Of a DNA stretch of 64,000 bases, positions 57,908 to 64,000 are shown piece after piece. The DNA is from a virus. The notes below the pieces were generated by a model. The model had not been told where the DNA came from and did no database searches. It was given only the letters and a program-made list of their open reading frames with translations. The position numbers and the translations under genes were made by a program. Location of the stretch: positions 32,001 through 96,000 of the IMG/VR virus record IMGVR_UViG_3300025534_000004; one strand, given 5' to 3'. Within the stretch, counting starts at the first letter, position 1. Every line of letters begins with the position of its first letter.

Positions 57908-58762
57908 ATGCTTCTTAACGAGATGTTCCTGTCCGAGGCTCCCATCGAGGACTTCACCCTGCTCGGGAATTGGGAGAGGTCCTCCTCTTTCCGCCACGAG
58001 CAGGACCGCAAACTCCTGACGAATCCGAAGGCGCAGGCCAAGATCATCCACAAGTGGCGCAACACCGAAGTGCCCTTCAACATGTACTTCGTGAACAGCC
58101 CCGAAGCCAACCGACATACGGAGATCGGTGAGGTGACGCCGGAGTGGCTTGCGGAGAACATGCCCAAGACCTTCCCGGAGTTGAAGCTGCGCGACGACGC
58201 GGTGAACATCATCTTTACGAACAACAAGGGTGATGAGCGCGCGCCAATGACGGCTTGGATCATCGCCCATCGCCTTGGACACGCGGTGTCACGCTGGCAG
58301 CGGAATGCCCGCTACCGGCAGGTGCCGGAGTTCACGGAAGCCCGCAGTGCGGTATTTCGCGTTACCTCCGAGATTCTCCGCGATGCCTATGGCTGCCGGG
58401 GAGTGCCGGGGAGCGAGGCCGAGCATCTCCGTACGCAGGGTCCTGCCTACCGTGAAAACGACAGGCTGCTGACCGGTTTCTACGAGGCCATCGGCACATT
58501 CCGCTCCGCGCGCGAGCGCAATATCCGCAACGAGTTCGAGTTCCTGCTGGAGTGCTTGGCTCAGTACATCACGACCGGCAAGGTGCGCTTCAACCCGCTG
58601 CCGGACCATTTCCGGTGCGGACGACGCCTCATCGACCTGACGCAGACCGGACACATTGAGCGGGAGGATTTCGACCGGCTGCTTGCGGGCCTTGCCAATG
58701 AACTGAACTACTGGTTCCGCGACCTTCTTCAAGCCTGCGTCGGCCGCATTTTCGTCATGTGA
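57908..58762 (+). CDS. Putative virion internal protein with degenerate zincin motif (AHRLGH)
   Basis: Leader MLLNEMFLSE; MTAWIIAHRLGH...E...AQY..TG; TAAATA at 57875. Confidence 0.7.
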   Translation: MLLNEMFLSEAPIEDFTLLGNWERSSSFRHEQDRKLLTNPKAQAKIIHKWRNTEVPFNMYFVNSPEANRHTEIGEVTPEWLAENMPKTFPELKLRDDAVNIIFTNNKGDERAPMTAWIIAHRLGHAVSRWQRNARYRQVPEFTEARSAVFRVTSEILRDAYGCRGVPGSEAEHLRTQGPAYRENDRLLTGFYEAIGTFRSARERNIRNEFEFLLECLAQYITTGKVRFNPLPDHFRCGRRLIDLTQTGHIEREDFDRLLAGLANELNYWFRDLLQACVGRIFVM

Positions 58763-58796
58763 TGAGGATGACTCGCCGCAGCGAAGCCGGGGTCGG

Positions 58797-59402
58797 CTAG
58801 GGCGCCTCGGGTATGCTCCACCGGTCGTAGGGCGTCTGCCACTTCGCAATGTACGCGTTGGCATCGGCACGGTCGGTGAAGAACCGGTTGCCTGTCATAC
58901 CGAGATCGTACCATGAGCCGAGGGAGCAATATTTGCGGTTCGTGAAAAGACCTCCGCTGCTGCCCTGCCGGAGCGCAAGGCCGTTCTCCGCGTCGCACTC
59001 CTTGCTCTGCACCGCCTGCCGGGTGCGCAACCGCACGAACTCACCAGACCCGCTCAGCCATTGACCATTGCGACGGCGGCGCACATAACCGACTTCCGTG
59101 TAGACATGTTGGAACAGCGTGATCGTGCTCTGCGCCGCGCTGACCTGATAGACGACGCGCCACCCTCGTCCGTCTGCTTCAACAAACAGTAAGGTTTCCG
59201 GCCAGACGATCAGGGAGGGGTATTCTCTCGATTCCGCGAGCAAGGTGCGATATAGATCGCCGAGCGCCGGTTGGGTGATCGCAAGCAAACGTTCGACCGC
59301 ATAGGCATCGCTCCGGCATTCTTGAAGCCGTCTGGATGACATAAAAACCCTTTCTGCAATGATCCGGATTGTGGCGAATGCCTGCTCGCGGGTCAACCGC
59401 AT
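58797..59402 (-). CDS. Hypothetical protein (lower GC)
   Basis: 201-aa ORF. Confidence 0.45.
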   Translation of the reverse strand: MRLTREQAFATIRIIAERVFMSSRRLQECRSDAYAVERLLAITQPALGDLYRTLLAESREYPSLIVWPETLLFVEADGRGWRVVYQVSAAQSTITLFQHVYTEVGYVRRRRNGQWLSGSGEFVRLRTRQAVQSKECDAENGLALRQGSSGGLFTNRKYCSLGSWYDLGMTGNRFFTDRADANAYIAKWQTPYDRWSIPEAP

Positions 59403-59470
59403 AAATCGGTTCTCAGAACCACATTGCTATTGACGCCACGACGGCTTGCCGTAGGCTGCGCCCCACCAAA

Positions 59471-59746
59471 ATGAGGTTTGGTATGCGGATTTTTACCGTA
59501 GCGGCCCTCATGGTCGCCCTGATCCCCGCTGTCGCGCAGGCCGAAGCCGGTGCGAACTCCACCGAGGTCATCGACGTACGCAACCGGGTGGTTGCGCGGA
59601 TCGAGCATCGGGACAACCTGCTGTGGCTGTTCGATGCCAAGGGGCGCCTGCTCGGCACCGCCTCCGTCCCGCCGAGCCTGCAACCGCTGCAAACCGGCCT
59701 GACGCTTCCCCTCGATCTCTCGATCCCGCCCCGCCGCCGGTCCTGA
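59471..59746 (+). CDS. Small secreted protein with one FDAKGR repeat unit
   Basis: Signal peptide; LFDAKGRLLGTA resembles the 45406 repeat. Confidence 0.55.
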   Translation: MRFGMRIFTVAALMVALIPAVAQAEAGANSTEVIDVRNRVVARIEHRDNLLWLFDAKGRLLGTASVPPSLQPLQTGLTLPLDLSIPPRRRS

Positions 59747-59976
59747 GAAACGCCGACTTTGGCGAGCGAGACAGGCGGGCGGACGACCGCCTTGCCTGCT
59801 TGGCTCGGGTCCCGGCCTTCCATTGCGGGTCGGCTGGGCATCCAAAGGGCTCGAACGACGCTCTACCCGCGTCCCCGGACCACCGGAAGGGCTCGCTCCG
59901 CCGTGGACCAAACAAATAAGTTTGACGTAACCGCGTTTCGATGGTACGGTTCTCCCATCAGAACGGGATTGGACGG

Positions 59977-60597
59977 ATGGCCGCCACGATCATCAACCGT
60001 ACCGCCTCTTGGTATCGTCCCTACCGGCTCGACGGCCGCAAGGTGCGCGATGTTCTATTCTACCGGAAGGGCGAGGTGGTGATCAGAACCGGTCGCGGTT
60101 GGATCGAGCGCCACGGCGACGTTTACGTCTCCGAGAAGGATGTGACCCAGATCAGGCTCGCGGCGCCGCTGCGCCGCGCCATGAAGGTCAACCTCACTCG
60201 GGGCGGCCACTTCTATGTGTCCGCCCGAGGCTTGGCGGGCGAGAAGGAATGGGACCTGTACCTCGATCTCGACGCGGGTGACTTCGAGATCAGCGAGGAG
60301 GAGGTCGTCCCGTTCTACAGCGACAGCCAAGGCACGACTTACTGCAAGGTCCGCAAGCTGACCGGCACCTTCGAAACGGGCAAGCGCGAGACCATCAGCA
60401 TCATGGTGCCGGACAGCCTCTTGCGCCAGAACAACCTCTACGGCCAGAAGATGGCGGAGATCGTCGCGCGCCTCGCGGCGATCCACGGCGGGTCCAACCG
60501 CTCGGTCAGCCCCGAGGATTTCGTCAAGAACCCCGAGCTTCTGCAACTCCTCAACGAGGCCGCCGCGCTCTACGCCGCCTCGAAGGAGGACGCCTGA
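59977..60597 (+). CDS. Hypothetical protein
   Basis: Promoter TTGACG-N17-TACGGT with box at 59929-59946; strong GC3 bias. Confidence 0.7.
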   Translation: MAATIINRTASWYRPYRLDGRKVRDVLFYRKGEVVIRTGRGWIERHGDVYVSEKDVTQIRLAAPLRRAMKVNLTRGGHFYVSARGLAGEKEWDLYLDLDAGDFEISEEEVVPFYSDSQGTTYCKVRKLTGTFETGKRETISIMVPDSLLRQNNLYGQKMAEIVARLAAIHGGSNRSVSPEDFVKNPELLQLLNEAAALYAASKEDA

Positions 60598-60803
60598 TCC
60601 CGGACGCTGAGCCGGACCGAAGCCACGGCAGGCCATCGAAGCTTTCACACCAAACGAGGACCGAGCATGGACTGGACGAATTTGTTCCATCTGATCAAGT
60701 ATAACAGCACCGCGACCGGCCACGGCGTGGCGTTCAGCCTGTGGATCAGTCCGTTGCTTATCCTGCTGGTCGCGATCCTCCTGTTCTGGGTATGGTCCCG
60801 AGT

Positions 60804-61067
60804 ATGACGACGCTGCGCACCGAGGAGGATGATCTCGCGCTGATGGACATGGCACGCCCCATCGCCGCCGCCGAGGTCATGCAGATCATCCGGTCTCCCG
60901 ATCCAGTCACCGCCCTCGCCCGGCACCTATTGCTGCGCGACCGGGGCGGCGAGAAAGCGCGGGTCCATGCCCGAGCAGTCTACCGCCTGAGTGGCAAGAG
61001 CGCAGAGGAAGCGCAGGCTATCGTCGAAAATCTCACCACCACCTTCATGGCCGAAGGAGGCCGCTGA
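60804..61067 (+). CDS. Hypothetical protein
   Basis: ORF in an operon. Confidence 0.5.
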   Translation: MTTLRTEEDDLALMDMARPIAAAEVMQIIRSPDPVTALARHLLLRDRGGEKARVHARAVYRLSGKSAEEAQAIVENLTTTFMAEGGR

Positions 61068-61283
61068 ATGTCCCAAGCCGCCGCTCCCGAGATCGACGTG
61101 GAAGTTTCCAACCACGGCTCAGTCATCATGGTCCGACCGGTCACACAGGCCGCCAAGGACTGGGTTGAGGCAAATGTCTCCCTTGAGGGCTGGCAGTGGT
61201 TCGGCGGCGCCTTCGCGGTCGAACCCCGTTATGCCGACGCCTTGATCGAAGGGATGCAGGGCGACGGCCTCATGGTCCATTGA
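61068..61283 (+). CDS. Small conserved phage protein (NHGS...W...VEPRY)
   Basis: AAGGAGG RBS. Confidence 0.7.
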   Translation: MSQAAAPEIDVEVSNHGSVIMVRPVTQAAKDWVEANVSLEGWQWFGGAFAVEPRYADALIEGMQGDGLMVH

Positions 61284-61696
61284 GCCATTGCTCCAAGACA
61301 CGCCATGAGCCATCATGGCGCGGTCGGAGCATGGCATCTCCGATCAGTGTTGGCATGTTCTTGCCCCCGTCGTAACGCGACGGGGGGGCTTTTTCCTGAT
61401 ATCCTCCCGGCCATGAATGACCGAGGTCCCGGTTGGTCACATCATGCGCCTCTCCGGATGGCCTTTGATCATCGAACGTCTGTTCTCCGTTGGCAAGAAG
61501 ATACAGCGACGCAAACTTTTGACGGCCTCATCCGGCCATGAACGGCCGGGCTTGTGGCTGTTCAATGATCACTGGGGTCGTCCCGGCGCGCCTATGGGAC
61601 CACTGCGCCTTTGCCGCTCGCAGCGGCCTGAACCAAACAATAATTTGACGAACCGAGTTCCTGTGGTATACCGGTGCCAACAGGAAAGGACGCTTC

Positions 61697-62233
61697 ATGG
61701 AGCAGCAGGACCCTATCCCGGAGGAGCCCCGCCGCCTTTATCTGGCCTATGGCTCGAACCTCAACCTCGCCCAGATGGAGATGCGCTGCCCGACGGCCAT
61801 CCCCGTGCGGCGGCTGATGATCCGTGGATGGGCGCTGGTGTTCCGCGAATTCCTCGACATCGAGCCACGCGAGGGCTCCTGCGTCTATGGCGCCCTCTAC
61901 AGCGTCACCGCCGAGGACGAGAAGGCGCTGGACCTCTATGAGGGCGTGCGGCACGGCTTCTACCGTCAGGTCGAATTCCGGATCAAGAGCACCGGGGAGA
62001 CCGCGTTCTTCTACCGGATGAACGAGGGTGGCTACGAGGCGCCTCCCGCCCCCTACTACTACAACATCTGCAAGCAGGGGTTCCGCGACTGGAAGCTGCC
62101 TCTCAACGCGCTGTCGGCGGCGCTCGAAAGCGCCTACAACTTCACGCAGCAGGAGGTGCTGTCCCCGGCCCTGCGCCGCCCCGCCCGGCGGCGCCGGAGC
62201 CGCAGCCCGGTGGTCCCGACGATCATCCGCTAG
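61697..62233 (+). CDS. Gamma-glutamylcyclotransferase (AIG2-like) protein
   Basis: LYLAYGSNLN..QM..RCP...LD.YEG...Y signature; promoter with box at 61651-61668. Confidence 0.88.
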   Translation: MEQQDPIPEEPRRLYLAYGSNLNLAQMEMRCPTAIPVRRLMIRGWALVFREFLDIEPREGSCVYGALYSVTAEDEKALDLYEGVRHGFYRQVEFRIKSTGETAFFYRMNEGGYEAPPAPYYYNICKQGFRDWKLPLNALSAALESAYNFTQQEVLSPALRRPARRRRSRSPVVPTIIR

Positions 62234-62308
62234 GCGGCGAACTCGCAGCAGAACGCGCGCCTGAACTCCGGCTGCCCGAGCGTGCCCTGCATCCTGCTCT
62301 CGAACGCC

Positions 62309-62989
62309 TCATCGCATTCGGGATGCAGGAAGTAGGGCAGCATCATCCGGCCCCAATCGCCTGATGTCGTTCCAGAGCCGATAGAACAGCCCCTTCGGCC
62401 GGTTCGGGGCGCTGGCGAGGATCGCCCGGCCGCCGAACGCTAAGCTGGGGGCGAGCATCGTCCACATCTCATGGGCGTTGTGGTGCGGAATGAAGGCGGC
62501 ATTGTCTATCATCAGCAGGTTGATCGCCATGCCGCGCACGGCGGCCCCGGACGCCTCGTGGATGATGATCCGCGAAACGCCCTCAAAGAGCACGTAGTCC
62601 TCGCGCACAGTGATCACGTCCCTCTGCCGCTGCTTGGCAAACCGGAGGACGGCTTCGGCCAATCCGGAGGTGAACCGGTCGGTCAGCATCAGCAACGTCT
62701 CGTTGGCCCTGCTGCGGGCGTAGTGGACCGCATAGGCGGCCAGCAAGGAGGTCGTGCCCATCCGGCGCGCCGCGTTCACCAGCAGCCGGGGACACCGTTC
62801 GAAAGCGTGGACAAGATCGCGCTGGAAATCATATAGGCGGAATGCGACCTTGCCGCGCACCGGATGCGGCAACCGCATCTGCTGGATGGCATAGTGGGCC
62901 GGGGTGTCGTCGGGATGCGCGCCTCTGATCGGGACGCGGCCGTCGCGCAGACATCCCTCAATCTGGCTGACGAGCCTGAACACCTTCAT
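62309..62989 (-). CDS. Stand-alone terminase large subunit ATPase-like domain, catalytically degenerate
   Basis: F.LYDFQ, ARRMGTTS (Walker A K>T), IDNAAF (Walker B E>N), SAPN...FYRLW; no nuclease domain. Confidence 0.75.
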   Translation of the reverse strand: MKVFRLVSQIEGCLRDGRVPIRGAHPDDTPAHYAIQQMRLPHPVRGKVAFRLYDFQRDLVHAFERCPRLLVNAARRMGTTSLLAAYAVHYARSRANETLLMLTDRFTSGLAEAVLRFAKQRQRDVITVREDYVLFEGVSRIIIHEASGAAVRGMAINLLMIDNAAFIPHHNAHEMWTMLAPSLAFGGRAILASAPNRPKGLFYRLWNDIRRLGPDDAALLPASRMR

Positions 62990-63026
62990 TGGCGCTTGCC
63001 GTCTTGGGTGCGATGGCGAACGCGAT

Positions 63027-63461
63027 ATGAAGCACCCGGTCGCGCAGATCGTCCTTTTCCAAAACTCACATCCTCAAATCGCTTTCGTTCGGCTGCCGGG
63101 CACCTCGCTTCCGGGCGGCAACGCGCCATCTTATCGACGGTATTATTGCGTTCGCAAGCACCGATTTGATATGGTACAAACCTCATTTGAGGAAGCCATA
63201 CCGATGCCGCCAGACGATCTCCCCATCGTGCGGTCCCTGACGCCGCCGGGCTTTTGGATCGGGAACGTGTTCTATTCGGATACGCTCGCGGAGCGAATCC
63301 TGTCGCATTGGTCCGATGGGCCGACGCCGCAATATCCGGACCTGACCATCCACCGCTCGCCGGACCTCTACACCTACGATCCGGGCACCTTCCGCTTCTA
63401 CCTCGACGACAGCGCCCTGTTGCCCTGCGACACCGAGCCCGGCGAGGGCGACCGCCAGTGA
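63027..63461 (+). CDS. Hypothetical protein
   Basis: ORF coupled to the next gene. Confidence 0.5.
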   Translation: MKHPVAQIVLFQNSHPQIAFVRLPGTSLPGGNAPSYRRYYCVRKHRFDMVQTSFEEAIPMPPDDLPIVRSLTPPGFWIGNVFYSDTLAERILSHWSDGPTPQYPDLTIHRSPDLYTYDPGTFRFYLDDSALLPCDTEPGEGDRQ

Positions 63462-64000
63462 TCCTCGACGATACGACGAATATGTGCCTCAGCGGCGGCG
63501 CGGATGGCGCCGATCTGATGTGGGGCATGACCGCCGGAATGGCCGGTCACAAGGTGTTCCACTGGTCCTTTAAAGGGCACCGCTCGAATGCCCCGGCCTC
63601 GGAAATCGTCGTACTGAACGACAGGCAGCTTGCCGAGGCGGACGATTATTGCTTGCGCGCCAGCCACAGCCTCCGGCGCCGCTTCCCACCGAACTCGCTG
63701 TACGTGCGCAATCTCCTTCGCCGCAACTACTATCAGGTCGCATGGAGCGACGCCTGCTATGCGGTCGCCAGTCTCGACGGCGCCGGGCAGGTCTCCGGCG
63801 GCACGGCGTGGGCGACGCAGATGTTCATCGACCGCCATAACGGCGCCGCCTGCCCCTGCTACCTGTTTGACCAGCAGGACGGGCGCTGGAAGGTCTGGGA
63901 CGGGCCACAGGGCTGGCGGGCGATCTATGAGCCGCCGAAGCCCGTCGGCGTCTGGGCGGGCATCGGCAGCCGGGAGTTGCTCCTCGTCGGCAAACTGGCG
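63458..64000 (+). CDS. SLOG-superfamily-like phage protein, truncated by window end
   Basis: Manual translation: CLSGGADGADLMW...LLRRNYYQV...GGTAWA...FDQ...AGIGSR. Confidence 0.7.
   Translation, partial: MILDDTTNMCLSGGADGADLMWGMTAGMAGHKVFHWSFKGHRSNAPASEIVVLNDRQLAEADDYCLRASHSLRRRFPPNSLYVRNLLRRNYYQVAWSDACYAVASLDGAGQVSGGTAWATQMFIDRHNGAACPCYLFDQQDGRWKVWDGPQGWRAIYEPPKPVGVWAGIGSRELLLVGKLA

Noticed and set aside
1-64000. Genome-wide stop-codon reassignment (TGA or TAG), suggested by the phage release factor
   Set aside because: Long core genes (sheath, fibres, metG) are open in the standard code, use TGG for Trp and end in TGA with TGATG/ATGA coupling; no suppressor tRNA is present in the window

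Overview
This 64-kb window is a segment of a large, GC-rich tailed myophage genome. It has T4-like morphogenesis genes and is probably a jumbo phage of an alphaproteobacterial host (inferred). Scattered virion genes include tail sheath, tail tube, a tube-like initiator, gp13/gp14-like neck proteins, a gp15-like tail terminator, a gp4-like head-completion nuclease, two tail fibres, a fibre chaperone, a holin and a GH19 endolysin. Translation genes are metG, four tRNAs and a class-I release factor. There are also nucleotide enzymes (dNMP kinase, MazG-like, Nudix) and many small hypotheticals. Two regulatory motifs are visible: about 20 T4-like late TAAATA promoters, and a recurrent 18-bp AACC-N10-GGT(T/A) box on sigma70-type promoters. 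The most notable items are: (1) an intact IS1595-family element (54271-56867, TIRs plus a perfect 8-bp TSD) whose passenger is a catalytically complete, translationally coupled TnpB-like RuvC nuclease with a structured 3' end; (2) a late-promoter release-factor gene split by an in-frame TGA at a conserved Trp position; (3) two unannotated structured RNAs (~240-nt tRNA-like and ~680-nt); (4) a set of ADP-ribosyltransferase-like/Nudix proteins with capsid-targeting-like leaders. All calls are by eye from motifs; no database searches were run.
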